Assembly (NCBI GenBank): GCA_040954595.2
Contig: CM082578.2
Location: 14,538,304 to 14,602,303 of the forward strand
DNA length: 64,000 bases
From: Balanoglossus misakiensis
Lineage: Eukaryota; Animalia; Hemichordata
Direction: 5' to 3'
Positions 30,738 to 43,345 of the stretch are shown in pieces; the first letter of the stretch is position 1; the number at the start of each line of letters is the position of its first letter. Made by a program: the position numbers and the translations under genes. Under the pieces are notes generated by a model. That model was not told where the DNA came from, did no database searches, and saw only the letters and a program-made list of their open reading frames with translations.

Positions 30738-33077
30738 ATGGTAGACACGGTTGTGGACAATAGGTGCACAAATATGCAAGCCAAAATCGATAAATATTCC
30801 GAAGAGGACAGCAAACCGCTGGATTTGTCGACAAAAACGGAAGTGAGGACCCAGTTGAAAATGACTAACCGCCAGGTGGCGAACAGTGGGCGAGTCGATT
30901 TCGGCGTTGGCGGGCCATCGAGTGAGGGGCCGAGCTTGGAAAGTAAAGAAAGCACAGGTAACGAGTCGAATGGAAAGGATTGTCGGTCCAAAGACTTGTC
31001 CTTTTTGGCGATGAATCGAACGGATGGGGTTGAGGATTCTGAACATAGGAGATCTTCTGCAGCGCTTGAAAATGGCGGCCGCGACTCGGAGAGCGGGGCT
31101 CATCAGAACGATAGCACCATCGATGCTGTCGCGGGAAATGGATCGCCCTCACTAAAATCAACGCACCAGAACTCCGAAATCAGCTCAAGAAATAACCTTT
31201 CGAACCCAGAGACCGAGGAGAAGGAAATATTACAGAATGGTTCGGTGAATTCGACTCAACGAAATCAAAGTGCGTCACCAGACATTGAGGTTGGTGCGCC
31301 AGGCTCTTGTTCTTCAGAGACCCCTGCGATGCATTCTCACAGATGCGATTCTTGCCACGCTCCTGACCCGCGGGAACGTAACTTTCCAGTCGATCGTGGA
31401 CAAAACACCCGAGATTGGCGGCACGACTATTTCCACCTGAATGGTGCGGGAGCTTTTCCTCCCCGTGAGCTGTATCACCCTCATTTTCACAGGGACGCGG
31501 GGGATGCATCGGGTATGACTCGAATGCTAGCCCGAGATCCGCTGATGTGCGCCGCAGTCGACTCGATGAACGGAATTCGCGGCACCTACCATCAAGCGCA
31601 CGAGATAGAACTGCCCGAACACTATCCATACCACGAAATTACGCGACCGACTACCGCATTCGGAAGACACTTTCCCGCCAACAATAACCACAGCGGTGGG
31701 ACATTACAGCAAAGAGTACATGAACAAATTTTGAAGAGGTTAAGTCTTCTTCACAACGGTGAAAATGGCTTCAGAAACGCGATGGGGACAGCGGAGCCGA
31801 GTGGGAACACTGAAAGAAATCTGCAAAATGTGAGCAACGCAAATTATGGGAAAAACAAGATCTCTGAGAAAGATGCTAAACTTCTGCTTGCCATTTTGAA
31901 ACGTGAGCAAGGAACAATTCGACTTTTGGAGAGTTTTGAAAGAGAGTACATCGCTAAGTACGGTACTTTGCCGTCCAATACTGACGACATTTTCAGAAGT
32001 CGCCCCGCTAGGGTTAGTCCATATTATGGCTTGCCGCTACCGAACGAAAGAAACAGTTCGTCCTTCCCGGCGAGGCCAAGAGTCCCTTTAGCGTACCTAC
32101 CGACCTGCTGGTGTCAATCATCGCGCCCCCAAACGACTTACGTGGGTCAACGACTGCAATGCCAGAGCAACTGCTGCCCGTACGATTATGATGCGCGATA
32201 CCGAACGGGCATGATGGAAGCGGCTGATACGCATCCCAGTCACGGTGACGAGCAAACCATGAGACGGGTTGCTCCAATCGGCCTAAGGGATATAAGTGCG
32301 CCCTCCTTTGTCGCCGATCCAAGATCAAAGAAAGACGAGCGGATCACAACGGATACCAAAGCTCCGTCCTCGGTCGCGGCGCGGTGTACACCACCGTTTC
32401 TGAATGCCGTGCCCCCTGTTCCAATCATCGACAAGTCTTCGAGTATTTTGGAGCAAATCGATCAAATGAGCAAATCGAAACTGGCAGAACTCCAACGGAA
32501 CTGGGTTTACGACATGAATAATGACGACAGCAAATCGTCGTCCTTTCGCCAGCGGCGAAGCGACGAAAACACCCCCCATAGAAACATTTCGACGAATCCT
32601 GCAAAATCGGAAAAGTCAGAAAAGACAGCAGAGAAAAGTGCAACCAGAAACGGCGACACAGTTTCACAAGAACAACACGGTGTGAAAACGCCTCAAGAGA
32701 AGCGATCGACTCTCAGTGAAATCGGGGATATTATTCGGTCTCGTTCGCGCTCTCTGGCTTTATCGGCAAAACGACCGAGCTCAGGTCCGGACAGTCATGC
32801 GCCGAACCCAAAACGAATGGCCCAGACTCATTCCCAGTCTGGACACTTGGGGGACAAGCCGGAATTCCAGCTCTTCAGTGAAGCCGTAAGGAACGAAAAC
32901 CCCGCTATTTCAAAGTTGCTTTTCAGCGTTCATGAGAACTCCGCTTCAATGACCCCCGCTAGTACCGCAACACAACAAGGCAGGCGTGTACCAGTGCATG
33001 TTCTGACATTCGATACGGAATGCCAGGAGACAGTCGCCTGTGCTTGCAGGAAAACACTAACAGGCGCAAAGCAGTGA
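30738..33077 (+). CDS. 779-aa single-exon, largely low-complexity/disordered protein with a CtBP-binding PLDLS motif; putative transcriptional co-repressor
   Basis: 2340-nt uninterrupted ORF with an in-frame TAG at 30705 upstream of the ATG, a splice acceptor at 30611 and AATAAA at ~33447. It contains KPLDLSTK near the N-terminus, short Leu-rich helices and a Cys-containing C-terminus. No globular domain recognised. Confidence 0.85.
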   Translation: MVDTVVDNRCTNMQAKIDKYSEEDSKPLDLSTKTEVRTQLKMTNRQVANSGRVDFGVGGPSSEGPSLESKESTGNESNGKDCRSKDLSFLAMNRTDGVEDSEHRRSSAALENGGRDSESGAHQNDSTIDAVAGNGSPSLKSTHQNSEISSRNNLSNPETEEKEILQNGSVNSTQRNQSASPDIEVGAPGSCSSETPAMHSHRCDSCHAPDPRERNFPVDRGQNTRDWRHDYFHLNGAGAFPPRELYHPHFHRDAGDASGMTRMLARDPLMCAAVDSMNGIRGTYHQAHEIELPEHYPYHEITRPTTAFGRHFPANNNHSGGTLQQRVHEQILKRLSLLHNGENGFRNAMGTAEPSGNTERNLQNVSNANYGKNKISEKDAKLLLAILKREQGTIRLLESFEREYIAKYGTLPSNTDDIFRSRPARVSPYYGLPLPNERNSSSFPARPRVPLAYLPTCWCQSSRPQTTYVGQRLQCQSNCCPYDYDARYRTGMMEAADTHPSHGDEQTMRRVAPIGLRDISAPSFVADPRSKKDERITTDTKAPSSVAARCTPPFLNAVPPVPIIDKSSSILEQIDQMSKSKLAELQRNWVYDMNNDDSKSSSFRQRRSDENTPHRNISTNPAKSEKSEKTAEKSATRNGDTVSQEQHGVKTPQEKRSTLSEIGDIIRSRSRSLALSAKRPSSGPDSHAPNPKRMAQTHSQSGHLGDKPEFQLFSEAVRNENPAISKLLFSVHENSASMTPASTATQQGRRVPVHVLTFDTECQETVACACRKTLTGAKQ

Positions 33078-33162
33078 GGGCACGGACTGGTGACAATTTT
33101 TTTTATCGTATGCTGTTAATCAAACGCTCTAGACAATAGAATCGGCCAAGTTTACGGCAAGA

Positions 33163-33225
33163 GAGGAAGAGGGAGGGGGAGTGAGAGAATGAGAGAGAGA
33201 GGGAGAGGGAGAATAAGAGAGAGAT
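33163..33225. repeat. GA-rich microsatellite in the 3'UTR
   Basis: Imperfect (GA)n tract. Confidence 0.7.
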
Positions 33226-33926
33226 AATTGCTTTAAATTTAAATTAGAAGTTAGAATGTTAGCGAAGTCTTCAGTTGAATTGCTAGATACTATTTATATA
33301 CCCTGGATATAACAAATGTAAGCTTTACAAGAGTCGTAAGTTTTATTCATTTTTTTCACTTTTGGGACTATTTATCTTCATAGTGTTCTGCGCATGACCT
33401 GTTATTGCTTTTCATACATGTATGTCTTGATATTGTCTTCTGACTGAATAAAAAACTGGGAAAAATGATTGTTTTGCTCTATGTCTCATGCCTATTGTGG
33501 GTCGGTCTCAAGCTCTTGAGATTAGTATGGCAACTCAAACATTTTTATTCTATTGTTTTTGAGTGGGTGGATATTATGCGAACAACCCCCAAATCCAAGT
33601 AACGCAACTACTTACCTTGTTTAACGTCTCGATCTTATGCCATTGTATCTGATAGAACTCTGATTACAGTCTGTTTTTGTTTGTCTTCTCTTTGTTAATA
33701 TTTTCTGTTGCATCACTTATCATTGGGTGAATACTAATTAAAGTTGAGAATGTTATTGGACAATATTGTGACCTTCAAGATATCGTATACTTCGGTAAAT
33801 GCAATCACACCGATTTGAAGTGTATGTATACGTCATCTCTCACGTCATTGATACTGTGCGTACGGCGCTTTATAGGAATCTACGCCAACGTCGAAGTTAG
33901 CATTTGCCAGTGAGATTATTATTGAA

Positions 33927-36900
33927 ATGGCATTGTTAACCCGTTGTGTCGGTTTCTGGTTGTTATGCGGTATTGTCATGATGACAACAGCGAATCGCAA
34001 TCCGGTTCACCTGACAGACAACATATATTCTACTGTCTTGGTTGCTATCAATGAAAATGTGCCGGAGGACCATCGCCTGATCGATAATATCAAGGTAAAG
34101 ACAGAAATGTCGATCCGTCGAACCATTTTTGACACATGATCTTTATAGATAGAGTCTGTAAAGTCTAAAACCAAAATCGACACGAGAATGGCAGCCTAAG
34201 TCCATTTGCCAAGGTGGTGGCGCTGCATGTTACACGTACATCCAGGACTCTTTTGTCGAATTTGTATTTCTCGTCAAAGACTGCTGGTGGAAACTTCCAC
34301 AAATTGTACATTTTCGTAAAGCTGAAAACGGCCTACTTTTTTCAAACTGATCACAACCACATCTTGCTTTGAGTACGTTTTTGACAGAGAAAATATTTTT
34401 TATTTACGATATAGAATCAAAGATTACAGTTTCTGATGATTCCGACGCTGACCATTCTGTCATGTTCAGGGTCTGCTACTGTGAGGAAACGTCATCCGTC
34501 TTTATGACTTGACAATATTAGATCGTTCACAATCAGAAATCACCTATTGTAATCGTGATAACAATGACATGTCATGTTTGACCAGCAAACAATATCTTTT
34601 CTGTTCTTTGGGGTAAAGTTCAAGCAAACCGAATATATTCTCTGTATATTAAATCAGCTGTATTGCGTATGAGGACACTTTATTCTTACTATATACCAAA
34701 CTCACTAATGTAGTATTTTAGATGGATATATCATGGACAGTTTCATAGTGACGACGATAATGCCTTGAACCATGCTGCATTGCAAATAAGTCTACCAAAG
34801 AAATCCGCCGTTGAAAATCGTAATGAGCTCTGCCCCATGCCAAGTTTACCAATCTAATCTGTTGATAGTCCGAACTAATTGCATTCAAATGTGGAAACTA
34901 ATACGGGTTTATAATAGCTAACTCGCGGTGTCTACTCCGGATTAAAACAAATTACATGGTAATTCCAAGATAAATCATTACAATCAGTGAGGTGATTGGG
35001 GTAGATTTCATCAACGTTTACTCAAGCGTCAGAAATACTCAAGGAATTCGCCATCATACCTGCCCCTCCCCTCTTCTCTTCAATAGGATATATTTACAGG
35101 TGCTTCAGCGCGTCTGTACGAAGCAACCAATCAGCGTGCTCGCTTTGGTAACATCACCATTCTAATACCGAAGACTTGGAGCGACAACATTACGTCATTG
35201 AGAGCCAACACAGAGAGATACGACATTGCCAATGTCATTGTTGACCATGAAAATCCAGATTATGGCGACAACCCATATGCTAAGCAACCCTATGGATGTG
35301 GAGAAAAGGCAGAATATGTACATTTGACTCCAAAGTGGATAGTGGACCGAGAATACTCGCTCTGGTATTGGGGTGACTCCGGTAATTATGAAAATCAGCT
35401 CGTTAACGTTCATGATAGATTGGCCTTCACAAACGTGTCTAATTTTGCAACTTTGGACCACAAACCGTTACGACATAAGAAACTGAAAAGGCGTAAATGT
35501 GGTATATGCCGCTTTCCTCACGTACAGTTCCAGTAGTGTCTTTTCTACGATGATCTCAAGCAGTTTCGTAACGTTCTTAATATAGCCTCACGTACGCCTA
35601 TAGTGGGCGCTCGATTTTCCAATGAGTCATTGTCCGTGCGAAGGAACGTCCACAGGCAAACGTTTATTTGCGCTTTCGCTGTGCTATGTTTTGCTTTCAT
35701 TGTCATGATACAAATGCATTCCAATTAAACTGTTATACCGCCTCTTTTCTCTCAAACACTGACCATCCAAGGTAAAGTTATAGTTCACGAGTGGGGCCAT
35801 CTACAATGGGGCCTCTTCGACGAATATCCCATTGAAGAAGGCGGCTATTTCTACTTAGACCCAAATGGCCGGGTTGAACCTACCAGATGTTCTCAATCCA
35901 TCACTGGTATCTCTCTTGACATCAACAACGGCTGGAAGGCTTGCAACACTGATCCCGATTCTGGAATACTACCAGATCCTGGCTGTATGTTTTTCCCGGA
36001 TCTAGACAACGATGGTACAGGAGGTTACATGTACGCGAATTATCTGGATAGTGTAAGTGGGTTCTGTCATGTAATCATTCAGTGCGACCATTTCATCCTG
36101 TCACCCCCAGTTTCCTATATAGAGGTCCAGTTTACCATAGAAAACAATACATTTGGACCAAACCATTGTGGCTAAAGGGTTAAATCAACGATACAGACGG
36201 AACGTAATGGTCCCATCTCGAAGTCAATTATTCACAGGGCCAATCTAAATTTATAACGTGATTACTTTGATATAAACTTGTCTCCTACAGGTGGTTGCAT
36301 TCTGCCATGACGATCCAGACAGAGACGTAGCGTCAAAGCACAATCGTTTTTCACCAAACAAGCACAACAAAGAATGTGATTATAGAAGTGCTTGGGATAT
36401 CATGAATTCTTCAGAGGACTTCCGTGACTCCAATCCACCGCAGCCAAATATGGACACCGAACCAACATTTAAAGTGGTCAGAGAAGCTGAATTTCGATCG
36501 GTTTTAGTTCTGGATCTTTCAAACAGTATGAGGAATAAGGTGAGTGCGATATCATTATAAATTTAGCAATCATTTTGTTTTTGTGTAAATTTATCAATAC
36601 TATTATATACTTGGTTAAAGTGTGTGTGCAATTTTGAACTATTCGATCGATTTTACTTCTGATTCGACTAAATTTTAAGAAGCATGCAAAATCATTTGCA
36701 AGAAATAAGTGAACACAATGTAATTATTATTTTTGCAACCGTATGTTGGCGCTGTTACAGAATGACCGGGTTTACAAACAACAACGAGCTGTTGCAACCT
36801 ATATTGGCTCCACAGTTCCCCAAAACAGTTGGGTTGGCATCGTTGAGTTCAGTGATACTGGGAGGGAAATTGCACCTTTGACACAGATTGTAGATGACCA

Positions 36901-39773
36901 AACTCGCCTGGATCTGATAGCCATGATACCTACAGAAACAACGCTTAAAACGTGCATCGGTTGTGGATTACTGACAGGAATTGAGGTAGGTTACTTTGTG
37001 AATACCGTGTCTCGCTTTCCAGATCTCGTTTTCGCTTATGCATAGTGCGCCGCTGGCGGTGGGGCCTTGCGAGGAGCAGAGTGACCAGCCTGAGTCGCGA
37101 GCGAGTCTCTCTCGTCGCTTCGCCCCACGCCATGTCCTACCGCTAGCATTTGACCGTATACTCTTTGGCGGGGGATTCATTGCTGTCTGGTTTCAACCTG
37201 CAGGTTCTTGAAAATAGTACTTTTGGAGACGCTGCGGGCGGAATCCTGTTCCTCACAACAGATGGCAAAGAAACTATTGGACCACGCATCGGTGACGTCA
37301 CTCCTGAATTGATTGCCAAAGAAGTTATCGTCGACACACTGGCATTTAGCGATGCCGCCGACCCTGCATTAGTTCAGTTGTCAGAAGACACAGGAGGGAT
37401 AGCGTGTTGGTATTCAGAGAGTGACGATTCTACAGCTGTAAATGATTGCTTTGCTACTTCCGTGACAAACAGAATAAGTTCTGGCCAAGATACCCTTGTC
37501 CAGGTAATGTGTTTTCTCTCTCTCAAAGTTTTACAAACTGGATCGATCAAATAGCTGTAAAGTTTCAAGAATAGTGGGGCTACCTTCCATTCTGACCCTA
37601 ACATAAAACGTGAAGTGTTTTTCCTTTGTTTGTAAACACTCATCTCAGAAGGTTTAGTGTAAATTTTGTAAAAAAAGTTACATTAGATGTAGAGACAATA
37701 AATGATTAACAAGAGCACATTTCTACTTTCAGCTCACGAGTGGCATCGTGAAAATTGAAGGAGGCGATACCTTTACTGACCACGTGTACATTGACTCCAC
37801 CATTGGAAAAGATACTACATTTTCCTTCTTCTGGGAGTTCGGGAAAGCTACAATTACGGTTTCCATGACTACACCTGGCGGTACCGTAATTGACAGCAAT
37901 GATGGCCAGTATTACGGCAAATTGACCAACAACACAATTATGGTGAAAGTGAACGGAGTAGCCGAGGTTGGTAATGTTGAATATATGTATGCATTTTAAT
38001 TAATCATAATATCCAAAATGTCCGTCACCAATTGATATACATGCATCATTTGCCGTACTTACAGACTGGGGCCTGGACCTATACAATTCACAACCCAGAC
38101 AGCAGAGCACAGTCGGTAGAAATATCAATCACCTCTAAAGCAGCAGATTCATCATTTAGTCCAATCAGACTAAGTTCTGTGCCAGGCACAACTTCTGTAA
38201 CTGTATCTCCACCAATGGTACCCATCTATGCTGATCTTAACCAAGGACATAGTCCTGTGCTAAACGCCGTAGTTATCGCCACCATAGAAAGACCCAGTCC
38301 TCACAGCAGTGTGGACCTACAACTATTCGACACAGGAACAGGTAGGGTATTTTAAATGCATCAATAACTGATATAAAGTAATTAAAGCATCTTCGCAATC
38401 AATTTGTGTTAATCTAAAACATGCAGTCATGATTATATTTATCCAAAGTATGTGTTGCATTGTATCATAGGTGCCGACGTCACAAAAGATGACGGAATTT
38501 ATTCTGGGTATTTCATCGACTTCGTCAACGCCACATGTGCTACAGCTTGTCGTTACAATCTAAAGACGACGGCAAACGACACAGATGGTGCTGCTGAGTT
38601 GAGGGTGACTGGTCGTTTTGGCGCTCTGCCAAGAAACTACTGTAAGTATAAGTGCATAGAGCAAACAATCCTACACCCTGCCCAGCTACGACAGGGAGGA
38701 ATAAGGTTTTCTCGGCTATAGGCCTACTTACCATTTATCAGTGCATAGACAATTTAGCTAGTTCGTTAAAATAATGGCAAGTTTTTTTTCTTGAAATGCC
38801 ATTCAAGAAGAACAGATCGAGTACTTCTCCATGTCGTGTTATTTTTGCAGCTGTTATACCAGAGAAAAGAGAAGCAACACCAGTCGGTTCGTTCAATAGA
38901 GTGGCGTCGGGTGGAGTCATACAAGTGGATGATAGTGTCACCTATGTTGATTGGAGTGACCCAAATGATGATCAGTTTCCTCCATCTCGCATCGCTGATC
39001 TACAAGTGGTTGCCACGACTACTGATGATGCCAAGGTCACACTGACATGGACGGCAGCTGGCGATGACCTTGACGTTGGAACAGGTAGGAATGCCTTGTA
39101 AAAGAAATACGGTTAAAGTATTGCAAACATTTACTAGAAAACTCAATAAAACACACATTGCTGATACACGTGTATATTTATTTATTGGTTTTCTCAAACG
39201 TGCATTTACTTTACAGCGTCCAAGTCTGACCTCCGATACGATACTAAGTTTGATACTCTCGCCTACAACTTTGAAAATTGTTCCCAATTCACAAATGATA
39301 ACCTGACAGAAGGAAATCTCACAGACCCTCTCCCAAGCGGTCAACAGGAATTGGTGACTGTAATACTGCCATCTAGCGGTCCAGGCGTCACATATTATTT
39401 CGCTATTCGAGCCATAGACGACGCCGGCAATACCGGACAGCCTTCGTTCATCGCACAGACCACTGTTGTTGCTTCGCCGCCCGATGAAACCACAACTGAC
39501 TTACCACAGTTTTCGACAAACGAACCTACAACGATCGTGCCAAGCACTGAGCCCATAACGGACACCTACAGCGACATAGGTGGTCTGGAATCATGGCAAA
39601 TCGTTCTAGTCGTGATTGCTTCGTGTATTTGTGTGTTAGTGTCAGCAGCAATCGCTATGGTTGGATACCTATGTTGCAAGAAAGTCAAAGGCCAAACCAA
39701 AGTAACGTCTATTGACATAGAAATGAAAGATAACAGCGTCGAAGAGGGAGATCGAGTTACTTCAGAATGGTAA
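33927..39773 (+). CDS. CLCA: Calcium-activated chloride channel regulator (CLCA)-like protein, copy A; 11 exons, ~996 aa
   Basis: Exons 33927-34094, 35087-35381, 35772-36052, 36291-36539, 36761-36985, 37204-37503, 37733-37966, 38065-38341, 38471-38641, 38851-39084 and 39217-39773 total 2991 nt in frame. Signal peptide; PYAKQPYGCGEK; HEWGHLQWGLFDEY metalloprotease motif; vWA with MIDAS DLSNS, TCIGCGL and LTTDG; D.GTGADVTKDDGIYS; FPPSRIADL..LTWTA.GDD.D.GT; YYFAIRA; Thr-rich stalk; C-terminal TM. Confidence 0.94.
36092..36183. mobile_element. ~92-bp MITE in CLCA-A intron 3 (family of 16301-16393)
   Basis: Clear sequence similarity to 16301-16393; ends in AAAGGGTTAA. Confidence 0.7.
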
Positions 39774-41569
39774 AATCAATCGTATTACGAATATCGGATA
39801 AACATTAAATAACTAGCAACATGAATACTTCAAAGCTTCATATTTTCGTGCATAATGTATGGTTGAATAGAATGGTTGTTTGTGTGTTGGTGTGGTGGCT
39901 GAACTGAGTCTCGTTCACACACAAGTTTGTGGTTTCAGTCCAATCAATCAATGAAAGTTGTGTTTACAATGTAAGGTAGCGGGTAGAGTCTCTAATTTAC
40001 ATACGTGTATTGTCCAAAGGGCGTATGCAAGTCTCCGACATGTGGTGGCGCACTTTTTTGCTTTGATCTTCCGCATCTCGAATATTTCGGAAGTGGAATC
40101 GTTTGATATTTAAAATGTCTTGCAAAATACGACAAAAAGCGATTCGAAATTTAAACAGCTTTATTGCAGCACGTTTGACTTGAGACACGTCAGAGCAATA
40201 TTTTTCAAAAATCTCGAAGCATTTGAAAGCTCGCCGCTGATTGGTTCAAGTCACCTGGACCACCCGAACTTGCAAATTTCCTTCTCGTCATCCGGGCATT
40301 TTAGTAGAGGATGGTCACGCTGCTGTACGGAGTTAGTGCGTGTAGTGCGGAGCCTGCGTTTTGGTGCGGATGCGGAACGACCCTGAACCGTTTCCTTGCT
40401 GTAAATTCCGCGGTAAGTAAAGTAACAGAAGTAGAAACAATTACTCAATTATTGACCTGACACGCAGGTTACATCTAGGCGAGATGCGGACAGAAAAAAC
40501 GCACGTTTTATACGTTACAAGTAGTCCCCGACGTTTGTCCGACGAACACTGAAAAAGGACACGCCTTAAGGTCGCACGCTGGAGTCGGTGCTGTTTTATT
40601 CCACGCTTTCGCCGATACTCAATTTGAGATTCACTTTATCAGCCTAGTCGGTGTTGTAGCTCAACGGTTTGTGGGCCTGTTGGTGTACATTCAAAACACG
40701 ATATAGTTTCTCCGGAAGGGGGGGGGGGGGTCTGTGGATTGGTAGCGGAATCACGTGCGGTCAGCGTGGTTTTGAGCGACAACAAATTTCACACACAACA
40801 TTAAACAATTGAAAAAATACGCATTGCGCAAGCTTTGAAATGCTTTATTTCGACCAGTTTGTGGTGTGCTCAAGCTTTTCTGAAAACGTACTGGTAATAA
40901 CTTTAATTTCATTTCTTCATTTGGACCACGTCGTTCTTGGTGGTATTTCATGAAACATTTATTCTTTAGTGAATGTATTAGCATCCTAACTTATGCTCCA
41001 GCTGGTCATTCAGCTCAGTGAAAAGGTTGACTTGTTTTTTGTTAACTTTTTTATATCATTTTTTTTTTCACAGAAGCCTGCTGCAAGTCGACAATCCTGA
41101 GTGAAGACAGAGGATTAATAAGTGAGAGGTGTATACATTCTAGCCCCAGTGGAAATTTTTTTCCCATGATTTTCGTTGCAAATTCAGGATTTTTCATTTA
41201 ACGTGGCCCCTTTGAAGTTTTGTTCGATTCTGGCTGGTGCCGGTAGCCAGCTCAGCGAACCGCTTTCGCCCCAAACCTGCAGAATGTTACAATATGGATG
41301 CTATATGAACGTGACTGCTCGGTGTAGTCACAGACAAGTTCATCGGCTTTGAATGTTGTTGTGTGTGTGCGCGCATGTGTGTGTCAAGGTAAGTTGTACA
41401 TGTATATTTCCGGCCATGCAACTGTGACTACATGAGGTAAGCGCCTTGTATGTTCCATGGCTGAGTGAAGAACAGTGGACTTCAATCAAGATTAACAAGT
41501 AAGATTTAATGAACAAGCGCGTAATATATTGGGGGGTCCCTTAGGTTATTTTCCTATTCTAATTAGCCT

Positions 41570-41760
41570 AATTACGCGGTAAATAATAATAATATAGGTT
41601 GTGTAGGTTTTCATAAAACGTATTAACATGTAAATTAATCCGCGATATAATAATATAGGTGGTGTAGGTTTTCATAAACGAATTCACATGTAAATTAATC
41701 CGCGATATAATAATAATAATATAGGTGGTGTAGGTTTTCATAAAAGTATTCACTGTAAAT
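41570..41760. repeat. ~62-bp tandem repeat, 3 copies
   Basis: Three copies of cgcg(a)tataataatataggtggtgtaggttttcataaa..attcacatgtaaattaat. Confidence 0.85.
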
Positions 41761-41809
41761 TCAACCATCACTGTGCCGAGTGGAGTACTATTCTACGGCA
41801 GGCTTTTTT

Positions 41810-42300
41810 TGTTGCTCCGTTTCGGTTTTGGTGTAAATAACGGTCGTGGAGTGTCCGGGCGTAAATGGAAGTACTCCTGTCAGCTTTTTTTATCCGTTTT
41901 TTGGTTGTTGTTTTTTTGCTGCTCCGTTTCGGTCTTGGTGTACATAATGGTCGTGGAATGTCAGGGCGTAGATGCAAGTTCTCGTGTTGGCTTTTTTATC
42001 CGTGTTTTGCTGCTCCGTTTCGGTTTTTGTGTACATAATGGTCGTGGAATGTCAGGGCGTAGATGCAATCACTCGTGTCGGCTTTTTTCTCCGTTTTCGC
42101 TGCTCCGTTTCCAGTATTGGTGTAAACAACGGTCGTGGAGTGTCCGGACGTAGATGCAAGTACTCGTGTCGGCTTTTTCCTCCGTTTACGCTGCTCCGTT
42201 TCCGGTATTGGTGTAAACAACGGTCGTGGAGTGTCCGAGCGTAGATGCAAGTACTCGTGTCGGCTTTTTCCTCCGTTTTCGCTGCTCCGTTTCGGTTTTT
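41810..42300. repeat. ~90-bp minisatellite array 1 (~5 diverged copies)
   Basis: Repeating unit ggtcgtggagtgtccgggcgtagatgcaagtactcgtgtcggctttttt-ctccgttttcgctgctccgtttc. Confidence 0.9.
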
Positions 42301-42983
42301 TTCGTGACTCTGGTTCGCGAGAATGAAGATATCCAGAAGACTAGTGAACGCTACGAGTTTTTAACCAAGATCACTGAAGATGTCGAGTCTTAAACAGGCA
42401 AGTGATACAGTAACAAATTGTTTTCATGATTTTAGTTCAAACTGTATATTTCATTGTTTTTTCTTTGGTTGTGACTGGTACCGGTACCCAGTTCGATAAA
42501 CCGATTTCGCAAAAACACGCAGAATGTAACAATATCGATTCTATATGTGGATGTCATTTCAGTGTTTTAAAACCAACATGACAGCTTTGTGCAAGTTCAT
42601 TTTATTTTGGCACCAACAAGTTCATGGGCAACTGAAGTTTAAACTTACCAGAGGTGTTTCAAGTACAAGGAGACATTCCATTTACACACTTAATTTATTT
42701 TAGGGGTACCATGGATGATGCCAAGATGATTGCCAACCAGTATAGTGGATGGTCAAACATTATGTTCCATGGCCGAGTGAAGACTAAAGGTTTCAAGCAA
42801 GATTTAAAACGGTAAGAGATATATAAATTAAAAACCAAGAGATTTGGGTTCAATACTAATTGGTATAGTTACTAATTTAAGCTAAATAATTTTGCACACA
42901 CACGCGGTATGTAATGGGTACTATGGGATCATAAATGTATTTACCTGTACATCAAACCGTAACTTTGCCTAGTGGAGGTACTA

Positions 42984-43345
42984 TTTTGGTGTAAATATCG
43001 GTCGTGGAGTGTCCGGGCGTAGATGCAAGTACTCGTGTCGGCTTTTTTCTCCGTTTTCGCTGCTTCGTTCGGTTTTGGTGTAAATATCGGTCGTGGAGTG
43101 TCCGGGCGTAGATGCAAGTACTCGTGTCGGCTTTTTTCTCCGTTTTCGCTGCTTCGTTCGGTTTTGGTGTAAATATCGGTCGTGGAGTGTCCGGGCGTAG
43201 ATGCAAGTACTCGTGTCGGCTTTTTTCTCCGTTTTCGCTGCTCCGTTCGGTTTTGGTGTAAACAACGGTCGTGGAGTGTCCGGACGAAGATGCAAGTACT
43301 CGTGTCGGTTTTTTTCTTCGTTTTCGCTGCTCCGTTCGGTTCTTT
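42984..43345. repeat. 89-bp minisatellite array 2 (4 copies)
   Basis: The 'gtaaa' anchor recurs at 42991, 43080, 43169 and 43258 (period 89). Same family as array 1. Confidence 0.93.

Noticed and set aside
30596-32667. Antisense ORFs overlapping the 779-aa ORF
   Set aside because: Shadow ORFs of a GC-richer coding strand.
41810-43345. CRISPR-like appearance of regularly spaced repeats
   Set aside because: The units are full tandem copies with no unique spacers, there are no cas genes, and the context is eukaryotic.
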